From Hyphomonadaceae bacterium (lineage in GTDB: Bacteria; Pseudomonadota; Alphaproteobacteria; Caulobacterales; Aquidulcibacteraceae): a stretch of DNA of 64,000 nt. The notes below the pieces were generated by a model. That model was not told where the DNA came from. It did not search any database and saw only the letters and a program-made list of their open reading frames with translations. Numbering within the stretch: position 1 is the stretch's first letter; every line of letters begins with the position of its first letter. The position numbers and the translations under genes were made by a program. The stretch is taken from NCBI GenBank assembly GCA_019636095.1, contig JAHBYF010000008.1, forward strand, positions 41,886 to 105,885. The letters run 5' to 3'. Positions 30,965 through 39,065 of the stretch are shown here, piece by piece.

Positions 30965-31520
30965 ATGTCAAATTCGGACTGTCCTGTCCCCAGGGTTGTG
31001 GCGGAACATCTAAGAAGTTGTAATTTCGCGCCGCCGTTCCGCTCGATCAAAGACGACGACATCGGGCCGCTTTGGCTGATCCAATTGGGCGACGATGTTC
31101 AATCGAGCGGGTCTAACTGGCGCGAGAACCATCTACCAAACTTGGTTGAATGGGCGGGAGTCGTGCGCAGCCCAGGTTCGCCAGACTGCCTGCTCACGAT
31201 TGCATGCGAGGACAGTGAGTACTCAGCGTCGTTGGGCAGCCGCTATCTGCCCCACGCACACTTGGAGCTGGCCCTCAACAGCGACGTACGGCGCAAGTTG
31301 AAAGAGATTATGGCCGCTTGGCCCGAGCTCTGGCGCGCGGCCTACGATGCGTTCGTCAACCCTGCCGCCGCCCTCGTCAGTGAAGGCACTCTCCGACTTC
31401 CGAGTGGAAAATTTGCATGTCGATGGCGAAGACGGAACCATACTGATCATCGGCCAAGTAGCGGGGCATCGACTGGAGTGGGAGATATCAAAAGGCCTTG
31501 CACTCGAATTCCGGGAGTGA
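30965..31520 (+). pseudogene. Hypothetical protein with a probable frameshift near 31400
   Basis: Track ORF 30965-31531 ends in an implausible Arg/His-rich tail. From about 31405 another frame reads ENLHVDGEDGTILIIGQVAGHRLEWEISKGLALEFRE and stops at 31518-31520. Lower-GC patch. Confidence 0.4.
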
Positions 31521-31530
31521 TGGTGTCTTA

Positions 31531-31615
31531 GACACGAGCCGTTTTGCACGCTGAACCAAGGACGACCGGGATGGCGTTTCAGTCGGGCGCGCAGAGACGC
31601 CAGCGTTGGTGTGCT
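31531..31615 (+). repeat. Degenerate R repeat copy (tentative)
   Basis: gacacgagccgttttgcacgctgaaccaaggacgaccgggatgg...cagcgttggtgtgc aligns by eye, with indels, to gacaacacgccattgctgca.gcgctaagcca.ctgaccgcaatgg...tagcttggccc. Confidence 0.4.
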
Positions 31616-31653
31616 GACGCGTCCCGACAGCGTACCTCTCTGCGGTCGCCTGG

Positions 31654-32685
31654 CTAACCGCCGCCCAAGGCGCTGAGCACGACATCGCTGCGGCCAAGCG
31701 TATAGAGTTCAGCTGTGCGGAGTTTGGCTTGGTAGGGATCATTCATTCCCCAGGCCGCAGCTAGACGCTCAGCATCCGAGTAGGTGTGACCCGTATCAGT
31801 CCACTCGCATGTGTGTCCGGCGTTTCGCGCGTGCTGGAGGATCGCGGGCACATTCTGTCCGAGTCCGTTGAGGATCTTCCAGCCGACAGTCGCCTTAGCT
31901 TCTCCGATGCCCTGGCCCCAAAACGCCCCGAGTAACTTTGCGTCGCAGTAGACATATCCGGATTGGAAGTATGTCGCGAACTCGTCGCCTGGAACTTGAA
32001 CATCTCGCCGTGTCGAAGTCGGTAGGTTGGTGTTGGTCACCTGCGTATCGATCGCGGTCACGTCGTTGATCGGCGGCGTTGTCGTTGTCTCGCCGTCAGC
32101 CGGCGTAATAGATGGTGGGGTCAGAAATCCCGATTGCCAGGCATAGTAGCCGCCCGCTCCAAGCGCGGCGACGGCGGCGACCCCAAGCAATGGCCCCGCC
32201 AACTGACGTCCGCCGCTCCTCACCTCGCGCGAAGCGGCGGGCGGAGGCGGTGCATGAGAGGGTGTTGTCAGAGGTCTTGGCGCACCGCCGGGTGCGCGGC
32301 CGACGAAATGCTGCACCGCTGACAGCACTCCTTCCCATTCGGAGTCGCTCGTGTCGCCGCTCCATCCGACGAGTCGTGCGGCCTCAATCTGTCGGAAGCC
32401 GTAGGGTATTTCGACGTCGTCGATCAGTAGAGGCAGCAGGACATTGCGCTTCTTGCCCTCGTCGGCCTCGTCAAGCACCCATTGTGCATTTGCCGACAGC
32501 GTCGACCACACAACGATGACGCACTTGGCCGACTGAAGCGCCGCGCCGATGACTTCGCGATACGTGCGTCCAGGTGGAATGCGATGGTCCCACCACACAT
32601 CATAGCCCGCATTTGCGAGCGCCCGTGCGATCGGCTCAACGCGACGGACATCCTCCTTCTTGTAGCTGATGAATACGTCCGTCAT
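31654..32685 (-). CDS. TIR-domain protein with one TM helix and a C-terminal extracytoplasmic domain
   Basis: MTDVFISYKKEDVRRVEPIARALANAGYDVWWDHRIPPGRTY...CVIVVWSTLSANAQWVLDEADEG (TIR_2-like, conserved Glu present). Pro-rich linker. TM helix LAGPLLGVAAVAALGAGGYYAW. About 150-aa C-terminal domain of unknown fold. GGGAGG lies 5 nt before the ATG. Confidence 0.8.
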   Translation of the reverse strand: MTDVFISYKKEDVRRVEPIARALANAGYDVWWDHRIPPGRTYREVIGAALQSAKCVIVVWSTLSANAQWVLDEADEGKKRNVLLPLLIDDVEIPYGFRQIEAARLVGWSGDTSDSEWEGVLSAVQHFVGRAPGGAPRPLTTPSHAPPPPAASREVRSGGRQLAGPLLGVAAVAALGAGGYYAWQSGFLTPPSITPADGETTTTPPINDVTAIDTQVTNTNLPTSTRRDVQVPGDEFATYFQSGYVYCDAKLLGAFWGQGIGEAKATVGWKILNGLGQNVPAILQHARNAGHTCEWTDTGHTYSDAERLAAAWGMNDPYQAKLRTAELYTLGRSDVVLSALGGG

Positions 32686-32773
32686 CGGTCCCTCCCGCAG
32701 ACGAGCGTATTAGCACCTACACGCTAACTCAACGCCTATTGGTCGAGCTGCAGGTTGTAACAACCGCTATGCT

Positions 32774-33823
32774 TCACGATGTGGCGCGTAGCGCGGCGAG
32801 CAGATCTGACAACGAGTCGCATTCAGCGAGCTGACGCGCCTGGGGCCCAGCGCAGGCGCCCAATAGGGCCTCGAACAAGGCGGCCGCTTCGATGATCGGC
32901 GCGGCCGTGAGATGCGTCGGCAGGATACGCACCTCGAACGTGTGCTTGGTCTGCGTACCGAGCGCCACGTTGAGCAGATTGTAGTCGCAGAACTTGCTGA
33001 GCCCGACCTTTCTCAGCGCTGCTTGTGCATCTCGCCAGCGCAATGCGCGAAACTGTTGGCTCTTGGTGAGCTGCGGCAGTGCCTCGGGCCACGATCCGAG
33101 CCTCACGCAATTGGGATTGGCGCCGAACATCGCCTTTAGCGCATCGCCGTGCCGCCACAGCACGTCCACCAGAGTCGCGATTGTCGAAGCGGACTGCAGC
33201 GCTGTCGCGTCGAAGTGAAGATGCGTCGCGCCTTCGATTGGAGCCGCAAATCCGAGCGCGCGCGCGTCCGTTAGTAGCTCCTCCAAAACCTTTGCGTGGT
33301 CGCGCTCAATTGGTGCGGTGACAGTCTCGCACGGCCGCTCGCGCTCGCCAGGCAATGGCGCCGCGATCGCGACAGAGCGATCCTCGTCATCGCGGACGCG
33401 AACCATTCCGGCGTTGGTTTGTGGCGTTGTTGCAAAGAGCGCCGCTAGCGGATTGAGCACCGTTTCCAGCGGTGCGGCTGGGTCGCAGTGCTGGCAAACC
33501 AAACGGAGAATGCGTGCATCGTCGGCGACGATCCGGTACCACCCATCTGCGGGGCTTGCTTCGCGATCGAGATCACGTTGGAGCGTGAGGTCATCGACGA
33601 ACGACGCAACAGGCTTGTCTCCCTCGCTAACTTGGAAGCCAAGGGTAAGGTTCTCGAAGATTGGAACGTTGGACGCTTTGCTGGGCTCCGCTTGCTGATG
33701 GAAGCGGCGGTGAACCTTTCCGCCGATGCGTTGCGCCACGCGCGCGGCGAGATCAGCGCGGCTGACCCCACGGGGCGCAACAAGCTCGACCTCGAACCCG
33801 ATCTTCCAGGTAAGCACCCGCAT
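32774..33823 (-). CDS. Amidoligase-family (glutamine-synthetase-like) enzyme, putative
   Basis: From ATG 33823 (AGGAG upstream). MRVLTWKIGFEVELVAPRG, WYRIVADDARI, CETVTAPIE and IEGATHLHFD fit the GxExEf / W.v..D.S / E.vSP / G.HvH pattern I recall for Amidoligase_2. The track start at 34129 is an upstream artefact. Confidence 0.6.
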   Translation of the reverse strand: MRVLTWKIGFEVELVAPRGVSRADLAARVAQRIGGKVHRRFHQQAEPSKASNVPIFENLTLGFQVSEGDKPVASFVDDLTLQRDLDREASPADGWYRIVADDARILRLVCQHCDPAAPLETVLNPLAALFATTPQTNAGMVRVRDDEDRSVAIAAPLPGERERPCETVTAPIERDHAKVLEELLTDARALGFAAPIEGATHLHFDATALQSASTIATLVDVLWRHGDALKAMFGANPNCVRLGSWPEALPQLTKSQQFRALRWRDAQAALRKVGLSKFCDYNLLNVALGTQTKHTFEVRILPTHLTAAPIIEAAALFEALLGACAGPQARQLAECDSLSDLLAALRATS

Positions 33824-33856
33824 CTCCGCTCTCCTGGCCCAACACTTCAGCAGACA

Positions 33857-33988
33857 TGCAATGGTGCGGCTCGCGAGCCAAGGCCGAATGAGTGACGCGC
33901 TGATATCGGGGCTAGTCGGAGGAGGAAGGTCACCCTCGCGAAGTGGATTGCGGGAACGCCGCTCGCACCACTGCGCCCAAGCTGGCCC
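33857..33988 (+). repeat. Degenerate, expanded R repeat copy (tentative)
   Basis: gcaatggtgcggctcgcgagccaaggccgaatgagtgacg aligns with gccattgctgcgcggctaagccactgactagaatggagcgag. aggtcaccctcgcgaagtggattgcggg aligns with aggtcagtcgcgaaaattcgggc. The copy ends in aagctggccc. Confidence 0.45.
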
Positions 33989-34180
33989 GCTAGCTCTTCG
34001 CGGCCCCGTTAGGGAGCGCTTCGAAGTCTGCCGATGCTGCGCCCCAGTCATCGTCTGGTCACTATTCGACGCACTGGCGGCTTTCACTGGCGTCGTGACG
34101 ACAGGGCTGCTCAGCGGATTGTGTCTCAACGGTTGCGGGGCGAGTGTCGCCTTGTTAGCGTTTTGGAAGGGGAGATCGAC

Positions 34181-35941
34181 ATGATCAGTAAGCTGGCCGC
34201 TCGGCTTGGCGCCATCGGCGCGATTGCCGCGTTAGCGCTAATTCCTTCCAGTATGGCGCAAACGCCAACTTGCACGGGCGAAGCGCTCTCCGTCCACTTC
34301 GGCGAGATGTGCCTGGTGCATAACGATCTGCCACCGATCACCGAGGAAGATTACGGTGTAGTGCGTCTGCGCTTCCGCCCACCGGAGGACCTCAACGATG
34401 TAATTCCGTTGAGGGCCATTCGTGGCTCTTGGTTGGAGCGTCTGGGGCAGCGCGTCGGCGATCAACAAGTGAACTCTGCAGTCGTGCTGCTTGAAGTGCG
34501 CGCGAGCGGTCCAGGTCTGCAGCAAGTGGTTGGGCAGGACGGCGCCAATATGGGTGTGCCGTTAGCGCTGGTTCCGCTCGCCGTCTACAGTTTCGAAAAC
34601 CGAAACGGCGTCAAGTTCAACTCAGTACAAGACTTCGCGGATCGCGTGGTCGGTCCCCGCGTGCTGATTCGCCAGGATCAGACCATTCGCGTTCGCGTAA
34701 AGGTGGCGTTCAGTCACGAGAATCCTGCATCACTCGTTTCCTCTCTGCGCCCGTTCGTGGAGGCAGCGGCCGGCTTCGGAGGGAGTGGTTGGGCCGTGAG
34801 CGCAGTGAGGAACGATGGGCTCATGCAAAGCCTCAACAGCATCGAAGGCATGCTTCGTTCTGTCAACGACGTGAACGGCGAAAGCACTTCATGGGTCGAT
34901 CTGAATTATGAGCGTGGTGCTAACCAGCTTAACTACGCGCTTTCGTTCGACGTGCGGCAAGGGCGCAGGAGCGTCGAGCCGCGGCAGTTAGGAAATATCA
35001 TGCTCACGCTTGAGCGGCGTCCCTCGCTTTTTACGACCGAATCGCTGCCCGGTGAAGGCCGCGGTCGCGCCAATCCCGATTACGGCACGCGCGGAATGTG
35101 GGACGATGTTGCAAGCGGTCGAATATGGAGTGCGATGATTGCGCCTGACGTCAGTGCCGAGCGGTACGTCAATCAGGAACCGCTGGTGGGCGCCGTGTTG
35201 CGGCGCTTCCAAAGCGCCTCGACGACATTGCCGGACTTCGAGGAATCTTGCCGGCAGCTGCGTCAAGTGCTGGGCAATTTCAGCTTGTCGGCGGCAGATC
35301 GCGAAGCGATTTTGTGGGCGGCTTATGTGCGCGGCGGCACCCGTCAAGCCCATGAGTTCCGGCGCTCGGAATGCATCAGCAATTCGAGCAGACGCTGGCA
35401 GATGACTGATTTGCGCCTGCCCGCCGCTGGCGACCCGCCACCGCGGCTCCCCACAGAGCAGGAGGTGGACGAGTGGCTGGTGGTTCTCGCTGCCCCGGCG
35501 CTACTTCATCAAAATCCAGTCGAGAGAACCATTATGCTGAACAACTTGTTTAGGCAGATGATCGTTCTCAACGCGGCGCCAGGAACTTTGTTCGATGAAC
35601 CGATGGTCAACGCTGAAATTGATCGCAGCGTTTTGATCGCTACGCTGAAACCAATGCGAAACGTTGGTTGCCGCTTCAGATTGGGATCTGGCGCTCAGCG
35701 CGAAATGCCTCGCTTCAGTGTGTTGGCGCGCATGCCCGATGACAACAAGTTGGTGGTACTGACGATTGATTACGGTGGACGTGCGAGTGGCGCGTCTCGC
35801 GTGGAGGTCCAAGGTCTTGGCATCGCCGAGCCGAGCGATGCCGACTGGGCCGCATTGGAGGCCACGCCCGGCCTGCCGTCCCGTTGTCATCGCGCAAATA
35901 TTGAGTATGCGCCTTCCAATCCGCCCAACGCGAACCAATGA
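34181..35941 (+). CDS. Exported hypothetical protein (586 aa)
   Basis: ATG 34181 after GGGGAG; signal peptide MISKLAARLGAIGAIAALALIPSSMAQ. Confidence 0.65.
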   Translation: MISKLAARLGAIGAIAALALIPSSMAQTPTCTGEALSVHFGEMCLVHNDLPPITEEDYGVVRLRFRPPEDLNDVIPLRAIRGSWLERLGQRVGDQQVNSAVVLLEVRASGPGLQQVVGQDGANMGVPLALVPLAVYSFENRNGVKFNSVQDFADRVVGPRVLIRQDQTIRVRVKVAFSHENPASLVSSLRPFVEAAAGFGGSGWAVSAVRNDGLMQSLNSIEGMLRSVNDVNGESTSWVDLNYERGANQLNYALSFDVRQGRRSVEPRQLGNIMLTLERRPSLFTTESLPGEGRGRANPDYGTRGMWDDVASGRIWSAMIAPDVSAERYVNQEPLVGAVLRRFQSASTTLPDFEESCRQLRQVLGNFSLSAADREAILWAAYVRGGTRQAHEFRRSECISNSSRRWQMTDLRLPAAGDPPPRLPTEQEVDEWLVVLAAPALLHQNPVERTIMLNNLFRQMIVLNAAPGTLFDEPMVNAEIDRSVLIATLKPMRNVGCRFRLGSGAQREMPRFSVLARMPDDNKLVVLTIDYGGRASGASRVEVQGLGIAEPSDADWAALEATPGLPSRCHRANIEYAPSNPPNANQ

Positions 35942-35962
35942 GCCACCGCCTGTGAAGCGTTG

Positions 35963-36090
35963 TCGACGAGAACGCCTGCGCGATAGCAAAGGCTGAGTTG
36001 GATCAATGTGCTCGGAGCGTGAATGCGCGAGCGAGGTTCTGAAGGATCAATCAAGGTCGAGACCACGGTGGAAATTCGCGCCTGAGTAAG
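35963..36090 (+). repeat. Degenerate, expanded R repeat copy (tentative)
   Basis: tcgacgagaac matches tcggcgagaac of the 28938 copy at 10/11. ggaaattcgcgc matches tgaaattcgcgc of the 29483 copy at 11/12. Both lie in the right order. Confidence 0.4.
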
Positions 36091-36100
36091 ATCTTGTTGG

Positions 36101-36529
36101 TTGGAGAGTGTAGTGAAGCATAAGCTGTTCTTGTTGGGCGCGGTTCTTGCCCTCGTGGCGTGCAGCGCCTCGACGCCGCATGAGCTGGCGGGGCGGTGGA
36201 ATGTGCAGCAGATTGCCGGCGCCCCCTTGGGCGAGGATGTCGACATTTGGATCGAATTCGATGGGACCAGCGAGGCGGTGCATGGGTTCACCGGCTGCAA
36301 CGATTTCACAACGACTGCGTCCGTCTTCGGAACAAACGTCGCTTTTGGGCAGCCGGAGGAGGCCGCCGACGCGTGCGCAACCCTGGCCGCTGAGGTCGAT
36401 GAAGCGCGTTTCCTGCATGTATTGCCAGCTGTGCAGCGCTATGTACGCCACGGCCAGTCACTAGAACTGCTGCAGGCGGTGCAAGGTAGCGAGGCATTGA
36501 TCCGGTTGCGCCGAGACGAGCCAAACTAG
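36101..36529 (+). CDS. META-domain (HslJ-like) lipoprotein
   Basis: LFLLGAVLALVACSAS lipobox. WNVQQIAGAPL...VHGFTGCNDFTTTASVFG...FLHVLPAVQRYVRHGQSLELL is the META domain pattern. Confidence 0.75.
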   Translation: MESVVKHKLFLLGAVLALVACSASTPHELAGRWNVQQIAGAPLGEDVDIWIEFDGTSEAVHGFTGCNDFTTTASVFGTNVAFGQPEEAADACATLAAEVDEARFLHVLPAVQRYVRHGQSLELLQAVQGSEALIRLRRDEPN

Positions 36530-36600
36530 ATGGAGCGACCGTGGAGCAGGAACTAATAGTCGCTGAAGAGTTTGCGGCATCTCGGGTCCAGGCAGCCTAA
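36494..36600 (+). repeat. R repeat copy overlapping the 3' end of the META gene
   Basis: gccaaactagatggagcga aligns with gccactgactagaatggagcga, and tagtcgctgaagagtttgcggc aligns with ggtcgctgaaattcgcgc. It contains exact 9-mers atggagcga and gtcgctgaa. Confidence 0.5.
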
Positions 36601-36629
36601 GGCGTCTCAGACGAGTATCAGCTCCAGGA

Positions 36630-37532
36630 GTGAGCGTGAAAGATCCATACGACATCCTCGGAGTTTCGCGCTCAGCGTCGGCCGATGACATTCGTAAGGC
36701 CTACAGGAAGTCGGCCAAACAATCGCATCCAGACCTCAATCCGGGCGATAAGGATGCGGAGAGCCGTTTCAAAGAGGCCTCAGCCGCCTACGATCTATTA
36801 TCGGATTCTGAAAAGAGAAGGCGCTTTGACGCCGGAGAGATCGACGCGCAAGGCGCTGAACGACAGCGCGAACACTATTATCGCGACTTTGCGGGCGGCG
36901 CGAACGCCGATCCACGCTATTACACGGCGTCAGGGTTCGCGGATTTCGGCGATGCTGACGATGTCCTCGCAGAATTGTTTGCGCGCGCCGGACGGCGTCG
37001 ACGGGGCGGCGATCTGCATTTTCGCCTGCGTGTGAATTTCCTTGATGCTGTGAACGGAGGCAAGGAGCGTGTCACTCTGCCGGATGGGCGAACGGTGGAC
37101 ATTACAATCCCGCCCGGCGCCGAAGAAGGACAAGTTCTGCGGCTCAGCGGCCAAGGAGAGGCAGCTCCTCAACAAGGGGAGGCGGGCGATGCGCTGATTG
37201 AATTGTCAGTTGCAGCTCATCCGCTGTTCGAGCGCCGTGGCCATGACATCGTGCTCGAGTTGCCGATCACGCTGACGGAGGCGGTTGCTGGCGCAAAGGT
37301 CAAGACCCCGACTATTCACGGCGCGGTAATGCTCGCTGTGCCCAAGAACTCGAGTAGTGGCGCAGTGCTGCGTCTCAGGGGCAAAGGCGTTCGCCGGAGC
37401 GATGGCAGTTTCGGCGACCAACTCGTCAAGCTCAAACTGGTTTTGCCACCGACACCTGATGCCGAACTCGAAGCCTTTGCCAACAGCTGGAGCGGCAGGG
37501 CCGACTATCAACCGCGCAAGGATTGGCCATGA
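36630..37532 (+). CDS. cbpA: DnaJ-class co-chaperone, CbpA-like
   Basis: [36 protein letters not shown] (J domain with HPD) plus DnaJ C-terminal substrate-binding repeats. No Zn-finger region, as in CbpA. Confidence 0.85.
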   Translation: MSVKDPYDILGVSRSASADDIRKAYRKSAKQSHPDLNPGDKDAESRFKEASAAYDLLSDSEKRRRFDAGEIDAQGAERQREHYYRDFAGGANADPRYYTASGFADFGDADDVLAELFARAGRRRRGGDLHFRLRVNFLDAVNGGKERVTLPDGRTVDITIPPGAEEGQVLRLSGQGEAAPQQGEAGDALIELSVAAHPLFERRGHDIVLELPITLTEAVAGAKVKTPTIHGAVMLAVPKNSSSGAVLRLRGKGVRRSDGSFGDQLVKLKLVLPPTPDAELEAFANSWSGRADYQPRKDWP

Positions 37533-37798
37533 CACTCGCAATCAGCGAATTTCTCGCTCGCGCCGAACTCGACGAAGCGACGCTTGAGGTCTGGGTCGCT
37601 GAAGGGTGGCTCATTCCTGATCAAGGTTCCGGCGCCTTTGGTGAAGGTGATCTCGCGCGCGCGCGTCTCATCAATGATTTGATGAAGGACCTTGGTGTAA
37701 ACGCCGAAGGCGTCGACATTATTCTTCACCTTGTTGATCAGATCCACAGCTTGCGCGGCGCACTGCATGCTGCGTCACGTGCGCATGAGGGTGAGTAG
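37523..37798 (+). CDS. cbpM: Chaperone modulator CbpM (MerR-like)
   Basis: 91 aa overlapping the cbpA stop. [26 protein letters not shown]...[30 protein letters not shown]. Confidence 0.7.
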   Translation: MAMTLAISEFLARAELDEATLEVWVAEGWLIPDQGSGAFGEGDLARARLINDLMKDLGVNAEGVDIILHLVDQIHSLRGALHAASRAHEGE

Positions 37799-37901
37799 AG
37801 CCCGTGTTGGCGGGCGCCGCTCGCAGGTAGTCGAGCCGCCGTGCGCGGGTTGGCCGAAGTAGAAGCGGCGGACGCTGCGCCTGGGCTAGGAGGAGACGTA
37901 A

Positions 37902-38438
37902 GTGACGCTGACATTGAGGAGCCTCGGCGGCGCTGGAACTGTCACTGGGTCAAAACACTTGGTCGAGACGAGCGGTACACGCGTCCTCGTGGATTGTGGT
38001 TTGTTTCAGGGCTTGAAACACCTGCGCGAGCGCAACTGGCCCCCGCTGGCCGTGACACCTCAATCAATAGATGGCGTTGTCCTCACGCACGCGCATCTCG
38101 ATCACAGCGGCTACCTTCCAAAATTGGTGCATGATGGGTTTCGAGGCGTCGCCCATTGTACTGCGGCAACCATGGCTCTGTGTGACGTCCTGCTGAAGGA
38201 TAGCGCGCACATCGGTGAGAATGACGCCGAATACGCCAATCGGAAGGGGTTCTCAAAACACACGCCCGCTTTGCCGCTCTATACCGTGCGAGACGCCGAG
38301 CGCGCCATAGGGCGCCTGAGACCACGGCCTTTTCATACCGAGTTCGAGGTTGGCGCTGATGTTGGTCTTACGTTGGCCCATTTGCGACGTTCGCCCCGCT
38401 CCTGCTGCTTGGTATCTGAGGAGCGAAAACTTGTTTAG
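37902..38438 (+). pseudogene. MBL-fold/beta-CASP hydrolase, 3'-truncated after residue 160
   Basis: LRSLGGAGTVTGSKHLVETSGTRVLVDCGLFQG...VVLTHAHLDHSGYLPKL is the N-terminal third of a ~450-aa beta-CASP protein. Homology ends at ...GLTLAH (codon CAT 38379-38381), where AGHILG is expected. It is followed by 18 unrelated codons. Confidence 0.7.
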
Positions 38439-38448
38439 CGGTCAGGTT

Positions 38449-38958
38449 TCACTGTCCCCTACAGTTGGCGTCTGCTGCGATGACCCCGCCGTCGGCTCTG
38501 CAGGTGGCCGGCGTGCTCCACCAATCGCGGCGACCGCGGGCGCAACAAACACGGTCGAGCTGCGTGTTCTCTTGGGCCGGTTGGCAGGATGCCATATTGG
38601 CGACTTGGCCCTGATTGCGCCGACATTGGCGCAAGGTCTCTATCGTATGCGCCCCGTTCGACAGGCAACACACGTTCTCACCGGTCCCTAGTGGCGCGGG
38701 ACGCGCCGGCGGGCTCTCGTAGCCAGGCGACGACACTCGGCGCCCCTCGCACACCGCTGCGGATACGATGCGCCCGCCTTCGCTGCGGCACGTGCCCGCG
38801 TTTAGCCACCAGTCGACGCCGTTCTTGCTGCAGCAAGCAACGCTGTTGGCGGAGCCGCCGTAGTCATCGTTTTGTGCACCCGCGGGTTCGGCGCGCAAGA
38901 TTGCGGCAGCGGCAATCGTCACGCAGATTACGGCAAGTCCGGCAATGGCGGCGCGCAT
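38449..38958 (-). CDS. Exported Cys-rich protein with three internal repeats
   Basis: Signal peptide. The three units are CCSKNGVDWWLNAGTCRSEGGRIVSAAVC, CCLSNGAHTIETLRQCRRNQGQVANMASC and CCARGRRDWWSTPATCRADGGVIAADANC. Confidence 0.6.
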   Translation of the reverse strand: MRAAIAGLAVICVTIAAAAILRAEPAGAQNDDYGGSANSVACCSKNGVDWWLNAGTCRSEGGRIVSAAVCEGRRVSSPGYESPPARPAPLGTGENVCCLSNGAHTIETLRQCRRNQGQVANMASCQPAQENTQLDRVCCARGRRDWWSTPATCRADGGVIAADANCRGQ

Positions 38959-39065
38959 CAGCTATGTCCTCGGCAAGTTCATGTCGAAACGGAAGCTGAG
39001 GGCGCGCCAGCTTAAAGCGCAACAAAATGAGCCTGATGGAGTGCTGATGAAAGCCTGATGGCTGA

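Noticed and set aside
32697-32773. 13-bp palindrome GGTTGTTACAACC between the amidoligase and TIR genes as an operator or terminator
   Set aside because: The stem would leave only a 1-nt loop, there is no T tract, and it occurs once. It is mentioned only for a possible follow-up of the module's regulation.
38350-38691. 113-aa plus-strand ORF continuing after the truncated beta-CASP gene
   Set aside because: It is in a different frame from the beta-CASP ORF. It is the antisense shadow of the Cys-rich repeat gene (38449-38958), which has a signal peptide and an internal repeat structure.
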